DNA of 64,000 nt from NCBI RefSeq assembly GCF_006345805.1, contig NC_042997.1:67580001-67644000 (forward strand), read 5' to 3'. The translations under genes and the position numbers were made by a program. The DNA comes from Octopus sinensis. Its lineage: Eukaryota. The notes below the pieces were generated by a model that was not told the origin of the DNA, did no database searches, and saw only the letters and a list, made by a program, of their open reading frames with translations. Position 1 is the stretch's first letter. Each line of letters begins with the position of its first letter. Of the stretch, positions 13,421 through 26,544 are shown piece after piece.

Positions 13421-14767
13421 TTTTTTAATTCTAAATATTTGCAATTGTAACCTATATTTGAGATACAATATATCCAATGTAAACAATGGGTGCAGAAAAG
13501 ATGTAGTGGAATCTTAAGCTAACTAACAGAAAAGAACTTTCATATGTTACAGATGCAAAGCAGTAGTTTGCAGTAAATGCATCTACAAAATAAAATCTTT
13601 CATCTGTGCAATATGCTTGCTAGTAGTTTGACAGTCTGTTAGAGGTGGTATAATCAGTGGTGGAAGTAGGTGTTGTAAAAGGATTCTAGCTAGAATTAAG
13701 ACAGGGTGGTAAAGGGGCCCAAGTAATTATTACCAATGTTAGCCATAATGAGTTTCTCTCTCCAAGTCGAGAGCAGGTTGTATAATGCTTGCATATAAAG
13801 TACAATATTGCACAGTAGCAAGACATGGGTAGTGAATGAGAATGAAGGTTGAAAAAAAAAAAAGAGAATGAAGTGAACCTGTTCAACTGGGTTTTAATGT
13901 CAACATGTATGAGCTACAGGGTGCAAATGAACTGAGAAAAAAAAATGAGCATTACAGCATTCAAGTATAGTGTGTAAGAAAGAAAACTGTGCAGATAGAC
14001 AGGTATGAAGAATGTAGAAATGTCAACAAATCTAAGTAGAAGGAGCCTGCAGCAGAGGAAGATGCAGTGAAGTCTGATTTTTGAAAGCAAGATCTCATGA
14101 CTGAGATAGCAAGAAATCATGACTGATGAGATGCTCAGACAACTGTAAAAACCCATGTAATTTTAGAAGTATGTATGGAATGATTTTCAGGATAAAATTT
14201 GTTAAAAAAAGCTTCTACTCATGTAAAATTCACACCCAAAACTTTTCAGAATTGCCAATACAGCGAGGGGAAAAAGGTTTTCAATTTAGTTGTATTTAGC
14301 ATAATTTCATTTTCTTACGATTAGATTTCATTAAATTTTCATTAAATAAAAATAATTTCTGTATCACATTGAAAGCTATTAAATTACAAAGTGTTTGTGT
14401 TGTTTATAACAAACATTATTTTACATTTCTTGCTCACAAGAGATTATGACCGATCTTTAGCATACTGCTGTGCCTTCTCAAATCACAATCACAGGAAAAG
14501 TTGTTGATAATAATTACCAACAAAAACAAAGCTGATAAATACATACAGGTGTTGCAAATTAAGTTTATTTAACAATAATCATCAGCTTGGATGACACTTT
14601 ACTCAACCAACAGAGGAAGATGACCAATGAAACTGATTATGTAAACAGAATTCTTTTCTGCCTATTGTTGTTCGAACCTTTGATATGGAGTATCGAAATT
14701 ATAATCCCTTTCACACTTATAAAATGTCAAGTAAACTTTAAAATTTGTCATTACCAGTATTGTCAGT

Positions 14768-14940
14768 ATGGGCAGAACTTATGAATCATTTACTGCGAAA
14801 GAGAAAGTAAATATGTTGAATATGCATTTGAACATGGCAATAGAGCTGCTGGAAGGCATTTTAATGTTAATGAAGTCAATGTTCGAAATTGGTGTAAACA
14901 GTACATCAAACTTAAGACTGTGCCTAGTAATAAACAGACA
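14768..14940 (+). pseudogene. pogo-family transposase N-terminal HTH (Brinker-DBD-like) remnant, frameshifted
   Basis: MGRTYESFTAKEK / VEYAFEHGNRAAGRHFNVNEVNVRNWCKQ. Confidence 0.7.
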
Positions 14941-15455
14941 AAAATAGAAACATACAATTAAGATTATCCATATCATTACATTTTTTTCAGTCAGGAATAT
15001 CCATATCACTATGTATGCCAATGGTGCTCCATTGTGATAGGTAGAAACTCCAATCAATGTAAAATATGGCCCGAACCGTGTTTACCAGCATGAACACCAG
15101 ACTTCAAAAAGTAGTTAACCATTTAATGGTTTTAGTAAATTCATACAGAAAAAGTAAGCATTATACAGTCCAGCATAAATAAAAGTCAACTTCATTATAT
15201 TTAAGCCATTATTTTTTTCTGTAAACACCTATTCTGACATTAAATTAGTCAACTTCCAGTATGAATGTTTATGTTTTGGTCTTTAAAAGGTACATCACAG
15301 CACAGTAGCAAGTTGCAAGGACTACCTAGATACACCTTGGATTTTTTTAAATACAAGTCTTTAGAAAATCCATATTAAGGTTTCAGTATATTAAAAAACA
15401 TGTTAATCATGCACTGACGTCACTATGCTGATCATAATTTTCTTATATACTCTGA

Positions 15456-15712
15456 TATCATCATCATCATCATTTAGCGTCCGCTTTCCATGCTAGCATG
15501 GGTTCGACGGGTCAACTGGGGTCTGTGAAGCTAGAAGGCTTCGTCAGGCCCAGTCAGATCTGGCAGTGTTTCTACGGCTGGATGCCCTTCCTAACGCCAA
15601 CCACTCTGCGAGTGTAGTGGGTGTTTTTTACGTGCCACCAGCACAGGTGCCAGACAGAGCTGGCAAACGGCCACGAACGGATGGTGCTTTTACGTGTCAC
15701 CGGCACGGAGCA
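15456..15712 (-). mobile_element. RTE 3'UTR-only copy
   Basis: (CAT)n tail followed by sequence nearly identical to 3197-3450. Confidence 0.85.
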
Positions 15713-16764
15713 GGGCGATAAAAGGCAGATTTTCTCTGCCTGTTCCCATGTTTCTTTTTAATACAATTCTACAATATAAAATTTCTTCAATTGGAATTTA
15801 CCTATGATTTTTCCAAGTAGATTCGATTGGGTCATGGCATGTAAAGTTTTTTCAATTTCACCCCCAATTAAGCAAAAATTCAAGAAAACTCAATATTTTA
15901 CGATTTCCCTCTCTCATTTCAAGTGGTTTACTCCTGCTATTACCACCACACTTTCTCCTACTTTCTCTTTGCAAGTGTGAAACTATTAAAGTGAAAGTAT
16001 TATATAACAGGATCAGCCATTAATACTGGTCATCTTTTTGCTAGAGGAAGATCCGCTATGGTCTTATATGCTACACCACTGGTTTTCAATTCATATTAAT
16101 CAAATTAATATTCAATTTTTCACCCTGATTATGTGTGTGTGTATTAGCAATTCGTATAAAATTGCATGAATGACTTGAACTTGAATAAGTGGTTTCACAT
16201 AAATGGGGATAAATTAAAAAGGTTTGTTGTTATTATTATTACTGTTTGACTATTGTAATCACGTTTGTTGGTTCCTCGTCAGAGAAACGTTGTGTTGCAT
16301 TTGTTAAATAATTGTAAACCGTAACCCTCCCCCTTTCGTTACTGTTTAAAAATTGAATTGTGTCCCTGTTTGGGGAAATTGACAATATTTTCACCTTCTT
16401 TACGGAAGCATTTTTGTTAAAATGCCTTCGATAGAAGAAAGTCCAAAAATGAATTTCGCTGCAGCCGTACACTTCTATACAAGAGGGAGGACAAGATCCA
16501 AATGATCGAAATTGCAAGAGACGGGCCTACAATTCCAGTCTGTTATATATTGTGAGTATTGTTATCACTAGCGATATCAAGATATAACTTTGTATTTTGT
16601 ATTTTATGTGTAGATGTATATATATAGATGTACATGTAATATGTACACACATATATATATATACACATATATACATGCATAATATATCTACCCATACACA
16701 CATACACACACACACACACATACATAGGGGCAGGTGTGGCTGTGTGGTAACATACTACGTTCGA

Positions 16765-19107
16765 AGATACTGTACTTGATATGAGCGGTAGTGCCTTGCC
16801 TACCTTCAACAAACCGGGAAGGCACAAACACTCTGTCTTCACATTTGCTGCGTGAGACATGTTTTAATGTTGACGAGCTTGCTGAGTACATAGCCGACAA
16901 TGAGCTCCTTCCAGAACAGAAGTTCACTTACAACTCTGTTGTTAATTCAGTCTGGACCAAAGCTGGAGGGATTTTTTTCCTGGACGCTCCTGGGGGCACT
17001 GGGAAAACTTTTGTCAACAAATTAATATTGGCTGAGATTAGGAGAACACAAGGCATTGCCCTAGCTGTGGCATCATCTGGAATTGCGGCTACTTTGTTGC
17101 CAGGTGGTAGGACAGCTCACTCCACTTTCAAGCTCCCGCTTCACTTAGCGAAGACTGAGACACCAACTTGCAACATCAGTAACAGCTCCGGTCAGGTAGA
17201 AGTCTTCAGACGATGCAAGCTTATCATTTGGGATGAATGCACGATGGCCCACAGAGGTGCTCTTGAGGCACTAGATAGATCTCTCAGAGACATCAAACAC
17301 TCTTCAGCTCCCATGGGAGGCATAACACTTCTTCTTTCAGGGGACTTCTGGCAAACACTTCCCGTTATTCCCAAAGGGACTACAGCTGATGCAGTAAGTG
17401 CGTGTCTTAAGTCATCCACATTGTGGCCACTGGTGAAGACTCTCAAACTTCACACCAATATGCGTGCTCATATGCGACGTGATATCACATCAGCAGCATT
17501 TTCTCACACCCTCCTTGCACTTGGCGAAGGCAAAATACCAGGGGATGAAAATGGTAATATTGCTATCGATTCCATTTGTACCATTGTTAAAACGCCTTCT
17601 GATCTCAGAGATGCAGTGTTCCCAGATCTACAAGCTAATTATCAGAATATGGATTGGATTGGCCAAAGGGCTATTCTGGCCCTGAGGAATAAAACTGTTC
17701 ACCATATTAATGATGAAATGCTAAAACTCATTCCTGGGGATGTCTATGTATATAAGTCTATCGATACAACTCCTGACCCAGAGGACGTCATCAACTATCC
17801 AATAGAGGTACTCAATTCCTTTGAGCCCCCTGGACTACCACCACACATTCTCAAACTTAAAGGTGGTGCCCCTATAATGCTCATTAGAAATTTGGTTCCC
17901 CCAAAACAATGCAATGGCACACGTTTGATCGTTAAGTCCTTATTTCCCAATCTGATTGAGGCTACCATTATCACAGGGTGCGGTCGAGGCAACGTTGTGC
18001 TCATACCTAGGGTGCATCTTTTCCCATCAGGAGCAGACCTACCTTTCATATTTCGGAGGTCCCAGTTCCCAGTAAGGCCATGTTTCACAATGTCAATTAA
18101 CAAAGCGCAGGGTCAAACACTGTCTGTGACGGGAATACATTTGGGAGAGCCATGTTTCTCTCATGGTCAGTTTTATGTTGCCTGCTCGCATGTCGGCAGC
18201 AACAGTGATGCTTTCGCATTCGTTCCACAACGAAAAACTAAAAACATTGTGTACAAGGAGGTTTTATAGGATTACTACGTTTCATCATTTTCGAACACAT
18301 TAGTATTTCACTTACATACGACTCTCTTTTATGATGGCATTTACATTTTTAGGCATTTCATGACATTAATTCACAATTAACCAACACCTGTCCTTCGCTC
18401 ACCTCTATTTCTATCCATTCATCATCAAACCACCAGCCTCATCTTCTATATCCAACGTACATGACACATCTACCCCCTACATCTACACTCTCACTGTTAA
18501 AGTTTACATAAGCGACAACACGATCGCAACATTCACTTTGGAAACTAAGCAACAGATCATTTTATACAACAACAAATTTTATCATAACGCCCATCAATGA
18601 AAACATCTCCACCACTGTGTTGCGATTCATCTATTCAGCACCACTAAAGTCTTGCCGTTCTGACATATGGTGAGTAGATGCTATTCTATATTTTATAAAT
18701 TACCCATATTTACTTACCCATGCTTCATTCCCCTCTTGCCTACATAGGGCATCCATTCTCTTTTAACACAGCATGAAGTTTTGTAACAGCACATCCGCTG
18801 CCGTTCGTAGAAAACGAAGAGACCCTATTCACCTGCGAACGTTTTACACCGCCTTCCATGACTATCAAATTCTTACAATTATGAGAACAATAACATGGCT
18901 CTTTTCAAGGCAACCTCGCATTCAATTCTTACACCATTCTACGAGGGGTTAGGAACCCCTTTACACGGCTTTCTATACACTTACAAATACATTCATTCGC
19001 TGTAAACTTATATCAATATTTGCCTGAATAATCATCATAATTCAGTGCAATCATTAACAGTACTTTCAAGCAATTCAGCCCCGAGCATCGCCGGGCAATT
19101 CTGCTAG
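16765..19107 (+). mobile_element. 5'-truncated Helitron with an intact 3' terminus
   Basis: PIF1-like helicase ORF. Terminal GC-rich hairpin CCCG-agcatcgc-CGGG (19080-19095) followed by CTAG (19104-19107) and then T, which is the canonical Helitron 3' end. No Rep/HUH half is present. Confidence 0.9.
16791..18269 (+). CDS. Helitron PIF1-family (SF1B) helicase domain, open ORF but probably non-functional
   Basis: FFLDAPGGTGKT (Walker A), LAVASSGIAATLL, IIWDECTM, LLSGDF(W)Q.LPV, TNMR, SINKAQGQTL, HGQFYVACS(H)V. Confidence 0.9.
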   Translation: MPCLPSTNREGTNTLSSHLLRETCFNVDELAEYIADNELLPEQKFTYNSVVNSVWTKAGGIFFLDAPGGTGKTFVNKLILAEIRRTQGIALAVASSGIAATLLPGGRTAHSTFKLPLHLAKTETPTCNISNSSGQVEVFRRCKLIIWDECTMAHRGALEALDRSLRDIKHSSAPMGGITLLLSGDFWQTLPVIPKGTTADAVSACLKSSTLWPLVKTLKLHTNMRAHMRRDITSAAFSHTLLALGEGKIPGDENGNIAIDSICTIVKTPSDLRDAVFPDLQANYQNMDWIGQRAILALRNKTVHHINDEMLKLIPGDVYVYKSIDTTPDPEDVINYPIEVLNSFEPPGLPPHILKLKGGAPIMLIRNLVPPKQCNGTRLIVKSLFPNLIEATIITGCGRGNVVLIPRVHLFPSGADLPFIFRRSQFPVRPCFTMSINKAQGQTLSVTGIHLGEPCFSHGQFYVACSHVGSNSDAFAFVPQRKTKNIVYKEVL

Positions 19108-19169
19108 TGACTATATAAAGCTAAGAATTAGGTTTCTGTACATTTTCTTATTTCTGACTTTAAAACTTT

Positions 19170-19580
19170 CTTTTATCTTTTACCTGTTTCAGTCATTTGA
19201 CTGTGGCCATGCTGGGGAACCATCTTGAACAAATTGACTCCAAGACTTTTTTTTTTTAAGCCTAGTACTTATTCTGTCGATCACTTTTGCTAAACTGCTA
19301 AGCTATGGGGACTTAAACACAACAACACCAGTTGTCAAACAGTGGCTGGAGGGTGGGAGAACAAACACAGACACACACACACACACATATATATATATAG
19401 TGTGTGTGTGTATATATGATAGGCTTCTTTCAGTTTCTGTCAAATCCACTCACAAGGCTTCAACCTTATGCCTGAGGCTATAAGAGAAAACACTTGCCCA
19501 AGGTGCCATGCAGTGGAACTGAACTCAGAACCATGTGGTTGGGAATCAAGCTTCTTACCACACAACCATACTTGTGCATA
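19170..19580 (-). mobile_element. tRNA-headed SINE, older copy
   Basis: Colinear with 23030-23465, with many CG>TG/CA changes. Confidence 0.85.
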
Positions 19581-22500
19581 TGTTTGTTTGACTTTCCATG
19601 TGAAGTACACCAGTAATATTTTTTTTATTTATCTAACTTCCAATCTGCCAACATTAAGTCAAAATGATTTGAGAACCACTGATTTAGAGAGTTGTTAAAT
19701 ATAACTAAGCAAGACTATTTAGCTTTAATTAGATTTCATAAACAGATATTAAATAAAGGTTTCAGGGAATCTTTTTACAGTTCTGAATAATTCAAACACC
19801 AAAGAAAACAATATGTTTTGCAATAATGTAGTTCCATATTCCTATTCTATTACTTGGCACCAATAGCAAGTGGCCTTGGAGTAACCAATTACTTGTGAGT
19901 GAAATTTGAAAGGCAGAAGCCCATCACCCTTGTGTGTATGTGTGTGCGTCCGTGCATGCATGTGTGTTGGTGTAAACTGATGCCTCAAAATGAATTACTT
20001 TCTGGTGTTTGTTTCCTTCAAGGAACATAAGTTAAAACAACTGAACTTAACTGTTCAACAAATAAACTTGATAAAATGTGCACCAAACTGAACACTCAGG
20101 TCAACAAAACTAAAACCATTGAAGTTTTAAGATAGTTGCTGTCTAATGATTAAAACCAGTAAAAGAATGTAACATACACAAAATATACAATAAATAGTAT
20201 TTAGCAAAATGAAAATTTTCCATTTTTGGTAGATGAATTAAAACCTTAGTTGATCTTGAGCACAAGCTATTTTATATCAGAAAGCCTCTATTTTAATGTT
20301 TTACTACTTTGTGTCAAACTCACTGATGATGATGGTATGATTTCTAACATAGATACAAGACCTCAAATTAAGGTATGTATGGAGAGGATAGTTAACTAAA
20401 TTGATTCCATGTCTGGTAAATATTTCATCAATCACAAAAAATGACAATTCAAACTTTGAATGTAAAGTTACATAAATAATGTAAGCACTTTTACAAATAC
20501 TGTTATTTTTCATTATTTACCACATAAACATGTAAACACCTCTCACCTCAATACTCAATAAAGAGCTACTGACAGAAAAGGATATAAACAATTTGAGAGT
20601 GACAAACAGCACAACCTCAAAATTTTAATATGACAAAAGATAATCCCCATCAAAAATTAACTTTTATGATAGTATTTATAATAGGAAAAGGAATCATATA
20701 ATAATTATAGTAAATATATAATAGTTATAAAAAAAAACATTAAAATAATAATTTGAAGTTTATTAACATTACTTCAAGCAACTAGATTCAGAGGAACCCC
20801 CTTTTAGCCATTTGAATTCATGATTGTACTCTTTCAGGTATTACCCAACAGTGAGAACAGGCACTTTATTAAGCCTCTGTAAAATATGAAAGAGATTCTG
20901 TTTCAACAATTATGTGACTAAGTCTATAGAGGATACCATAATAATTTTTTAACTTTGGAACATGCTTACAGATTTGTGAAGAAGCACAGTTAATGAAATC
21001 AAACCCAATAATTAACCTGTACTTATTATATAAACACAAGAAGAATAAAAGATAAAAGGGCTTAGAAGGAGTTGAATTCAGAATATAAAGGCATTTTTTC
21101 TGGTGTGCTTTCACTTCATAACAATATCTTATATACAGCATAAAGTTATAATTTGTAAATTAAATCAACCCAAGTACAGGATTGGTATATACCCTGATCA
21201 TTGCAGTCCTAAATCTGTTTAAGAATTATCAATCATGCAGGATGACTGACAAACCCTTCATATAGGATTTATGCACACAACATAGGACAATGAAAGTAGA
21301 TAAATTTTCTGCAGTGTGAAAATAATTATTATATTCATTGTTATTTCTAAAATAAACATAAAATAATAAATTTGAGGTTAAATCAAGACCAGTATTTAAC
21401 TGGTACCTACTTTACCCTGGGAAGGATTTGGGCAAAGTGAACTTTAGCAGGGTTTGTAAAATACCATAAGGAATTCTGTCTATCATTCTGTTGATTCTGC
21501 CACCCTAAAAATAATTATTATAATACTTCTAATGTAGGCACAAGTTTGTGCCCATGTTAGAAATAGTCAGCTAATATTCATCTCATCTCTCTCTCTGCAA
21601 CAAATAAAGTTACCTGTTTCCTTTTTCTTATTATAATAATATTTTTAGTAGCATATTTTTAGTACAACAACCAAGAAAAAAATTATCACAACTTCTACTG
21701 AGTCATCAGAACAATTCAGGGATTTATTTTATGAATATCTCAACAACAAACTACATATTTACATCTATCAAATCTGAAGTCCTGGTTCTTCAACCTTATG
21801 CCAGAAATACTGCAACTTTATATGCCATTACTTCTGCTAAGTGCATAATATTGTGTTAGTAGTGAAAATGAAAATTTTCTTATAGGAAGGATAATATTTT
21901 AAAAAGGAATATGGTATAATGAATACAATATTTTAAACTGTTCAACTCATAAAATTGCAATATATTGACAATAATTGTTACTTGCTCATTTCCTTAAGAT
22001 CTTAATTATGTATTGATCTTGTATAGTCAGCAGAGAAGTGCCAAACAAGTCCAAAAAAAGTACAGATTCAACCAGCAGTAACCTCTCCTTCATGCATCTG
22101 ATATCAGAATTATACATGAAAACTACAAATTAATCAAGAAAACTATGCAACCTGCTCATATAGCTGCCAAATTTTCTGCATAGTATCTTACAGCTCCTAT
22201 AAGCTTGAGTAGTATGTTGGACAAAATGCTTAGAGGCATGTCTTCTGGCTCTTTACAACATTGCCCTTCATTCTTTCAGGTTGATAAAGTACGAGTCAAG
22301 TACTAGTGTCAATGGTATTGACTAACCTCCCCTTCTCCAAGATTTCACATCCTGTGCTTATATTTGAAACAATTTATTGATAAAATTTGGTGGATATCTC
22401 TGCCCAAAATCAAACCTGATGGAAAATACCTAATATAAAAGGCATTCCAGCCATGACTGCTTTGTCGTCTTTGTTTTAGATAATGTATATAGAAAAACAT

Positions 22501-23008
22501 ATCATTTCCTTTTGTAAAATAGTAGAGTGAGATTTGAGAGAGATTTGACAACTATTTCTAATCAGTCAAGTAACCAGAAAGAAGCTTCTACAACAGCTTT
22601 ACCATTGTTCTCCTTAAAAACAACAAAACATCTTATTATACACCTAAACTGTATTTATTACCAATCTGTATTGCCTGTGTTGTTGTATAGTTATAAATCA
22701 TGGGCATTACTTGAAATAAATATTTATATGTATTTAAAAGAGAAACTGATCTCCGTCTGTCTGTCACAACACTTTTTAGAGAGGGAGAAGGGGAGGAATC
22801 AAAAGAGGAGATAACTCCTGTCACAACATATATTTTAAGGCGAGGAGAAAAGTTGTTGAGAGTCCAAGACAGATGGATAGTAACTAACAAGTTTTGACTA
22901 AAAGTGCAAGCCTGTCAACAAAACACCACGCAGACTTCAAAACAATAACTATCGGAAGATAACTCCGAGTAACAGGTTTTGTTGAATTTCTGCTGCTTTT
23001 AAATAAAG

Positions 23009-23029
<21 letters not shown>

Positions 23030-23040
<11 letters not shown>

Positions 23041-23245
23041 TATACTCTTTTACTTGTTTCAGTCATTTGACTGCGGCCATGCTGGAGCACCGCCTTTAAT
23101 CGAGCAACTCGACCCCAGGACTTATTCTTTGTAAGCCCAGTACTTATTCTATCGGTCTGTTTTGCCGAACCGCTAAGTGACGGGGACATAAACACACCAG
23201 CATTGGTTGTCAAGCAATGCTAGGGGGACAAACACAGACACACAC

Positions 23246-23299
<54 letters not shown>

Positions 23300-23465
23300 T
23301 ACGACGGGCTTCTTTCAGTTTCCATCTACCAAATCCACTCACAAGGCTTTGGTCAGCCCGAGACTATAGCAGAAGACACTTGCCCAAGGTGCCACGCAGT
23401 GGGACTGAACCCAGAACCATGTGGTTGGTAAGCAAGCTACTTACCACACAACCACTCCTGCGCCT
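23030..23465 (-). mobile_element. Full-length young tRNA-headed SINE with a central (TA)n tract
   Basis: Reverse complement begins GGCGCAGGAGTGGTTGTGTGGTAAG...GGGTTCAGTCCC (A- and B-box-like), followed by a central microsatellite and a 3' tail. Many related copies occur in the window. Confidence 0.9.
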
Positions 23466-25638
23466 ATATATATAAATTTTAAATATAGGATAAAAATTAA
23501 ATATTAATTTTTTACCAGTGGCCAGCATGAGTAAAAATGTTCGTAGACTGCAAATATTATTATATGTGTATAAGAGTTATACACTGAGGGAAAGCCACTA
23601 AGTGGTTTTTCATCATGCTAGAAACGAGAGTTAAATCCCAAACCACGAAAAAGCTATTCTTATTTTGGCACGTTGAATGTAGGACAACTTGAGAGAATTC
23701 AAAAATGATTAGTCATTCCCATACATTGAAGTTTCGTCCTTAGCGATCAAATACATTAATTAATTATAATATATATGTTTTGGGTTGTTTGTGTATCTCT
23801 CTCTCTCTCTCGATATAGACAATGCAACAGACTTTAAAAAAAAGACTTTCACTATAATGACTTGTTTGTTGAGAGAGAAATATAGTGAAAGTGTGTGTGA
23901 AAGATACAATTAAATTTTGTTTCAAGAAAATAAACAAAAAAAACAGGTTGCTGTTGAGCATATCAATGTGATCATTGTAGTAGGCTTCTGCTGAAGGGAT
24001 CTATTTCATAACCCGGCAGCATAGCGACAGATAAAGACTAGTCTAAATTAATTCAGAATGAATCAAATGAATAGTTCAAAGTTGTCAAAGAAACTATTTA
24101 GTCAGCTCTATCCACATTAATGGATAATATACAAAAGTGCATCAAAAATACGTCACTGAAATGAGCCAATGTGACAAGTATAATTGTTAATATAAAAAGA
24201 TCGTGGTTATCTGAAAATCTGGCATATATTTGGTAGACAAGGGAGGAAATTACACATGGTTAATGCCTAACAAAGGGAGTGGATCAGAAGGGGCAATCTA
24301 AGATCATTCCTTGCCGAACGGATTTATGACTACAATATGCTAAACAAAGTTTAAAAGCTTGCTGACAGACAATATTCAACCAAAGTAAACCACTCCAAAT
24401 TTAACTCTTTTGTTACCATACTTCTGCTAAAATATACTTCCTTTGCTTTAATTGGTTTTGAAAATAATTTAAGAATTTAGTAAATTAACTTTGTCGTTAT
24501 TAAGCTGGTGTTTGGAACAAAAAATTTTGATGGGGTATTTTTAGATCAGTTTAAAACAAGAAGTTTGTATCATAGAACCAGAGGCAGTCTCAGGCAGGTT
24601 GAGACTGTCAAGAGAAATGACAATTCAGACGCAGACTGAAAAATTCATGTGTAGTTCCTATGTAATGTGTTATTTAGATAACTTATGTAAGCAATTTAAT
24701 TATTTACATTCATAAGTTCTAATTCTAGAAATGGAAGTAGAGACAGATGCCTCTTAGAAGATCATCAGCATATACATGATTAAAAGATAATGCTAACTTT
24801 TAGAGAGCCTGAAGAGCTACACATAGAATATTCTTTAGAATGATATATAAATAAAGCTTCTTGTGTTTTCCAAGAAATGCAATGAAATGCTCGCTGTTAA
24901 CTTAAGAATGAAAGGCAAACTTGATCTTGGTGAGAGTTGAATGCAGAATGTAAAGGACTGGAAGAAATACTGCAAGCAATGTTTGAGATGATATTGGAAG
25001 CAGGCAACTGATATTAGAAAGGAGGCATGACTAGCCAAATTGGTGGATGAGTGTGGATGATTAAGGTGTGATGGTGATTTAGTAAAATAATGAACCCAAC
25101 AAATTTTAAGTAAAAATTTCAGCAAGGAGAAAAATTCATCTGATACCAAAAATGGGAACATGTAAGCTGGGCAACCTGCATTGTAGGTTACCCAGCTAAG
25201 AGGGCAGTAACTCAAATAAAAACTGACAAGGACTGGAAGAGATTTTTTAGGTGTTCTTGCAGGGAACAACTTCTAGTACAAGTGGCACAAGAAAATTTAC
25301 CTCATACACTCAATAAAGTGGTTGGCGACAAGATGGACATTCAGTTGTAGTATGAAATTGAAATGTATGAGAGAAATATTGATTCTGCAAATTACACTTT
25401 TAGGTAGGCAGTATCTTTGAATAAGAGATGATACAAATAGACAGAAATCCTCAGTCCTCCCCTAGTGATAATGCCATGATAAAATGTACTTAATGCATGC
25501 ACAACATTAGCCAGTTTTGTCTGTTGCGGTGTGCACAAAGTGACATAGATGGTGATGACCTGTCTAAACTATGCTAATATATATATAAAAAAACACAAGG
25601 TGATAATGATAGTGACAGCTTTCATTTCAACATCAATT

Positions 25639-26544
25639 TACAAAGGGGGTACCCAAAAGAAACCAGAATTTTGCAATGTTATTTTATTCACTTAGTTTTA
25701 TATGTTTACACTTTTATCGCCTTCAAAGTATTCTTCATTTGAAGCAATACATTGGTCCAGATGCATTTTCCACTGTTCAAAGCAGTGCTGGAACTCTTGT
25801 GAAGTGATGGCTTTTAACATCTGCTTTTTTTTTTCTTCACCTATTTCACATTTGCAAATTCTGTAGCACCAGCTTTTGTCACCTGTGATGACCTTCAAAA
25901 AAAGGTCTGGATCAACTTCCAACTGTTCTTTCAGTTCATGACATGCATTTAGTCATAACTACTTTTTATCTTCCATGAACAAGTGAGGCATAAATTTTGC
26001 TGCAACTCTTTTCATTTGCAATTCCTTGCTCAAAATTCATTGGCAGGAGCTCCAGGTCATACCAATCATATCAACAAGTTTGTCAATTGTTCAGTGATGG
26101 ACTTCCAAGATCAGCTCATGAATTTTCATGACATTTTCATTCACTCAGGAGGCCGATGGTCACCCTGAATGAGGTTGGTCTTCAAGCAACAGATGGCCAT
26201 TCCTCAAGCGTGAAAACCACTCATAAATCTGTGCTTTGCTTATAGCAGCATCCTTGTAAGCTGTTTGAAGCATGACAACTGTTTTGGCCACCGTTTTCCC
26301 CAGAAGAAAACAGAATTTCACAGAAGCATGCTGTTCCCTCATTTCAACTATTGCAAAAATTGACAAAGGAGAAGGACTGCAAAACAAAGATGCACCACAT
26401 AGCAGTACAACTCCACCCAAAGCTGCCGGTCAACAGATTGATGCCTGAGGGTTGCATCAAGTGGCTTCTAGTGGCAGAAGCCTGAACTACAATGGGCTTA
26501 TTTCACGGAGAATGTTTGCGGTTACTTATGGGTACCTCCTTGTA
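25639..26544 (-). mobile_element. Internally deleted mariner
   Basis: Degenerate TIRs tacaaagggggtaccc / gggtacctccttgta. ORF pieces read REQHASVKFCFLLGKTVAKTVVMLQTAY...YEWFSRL..G...EDQPHSG, VITGDKSWCY, and CFEQWKMHLDQCIASNEEYFEGD. Confidence 0.85.

Noticed and set aside
16791-18269. Host PIF1 helicase gene
   Set aside because: It is intronless, lacks a real start (the ORF begins at GTG mid-domain), carries motif substitutions, and is followed by a Helitron hairpin plus CTAG end.
23466-24041. Non-autonomous Helitron ending ...gactagt
   Set aside because: CTAG-T is present, but the hairpin is not convincing and the 5' end is ambiguous.
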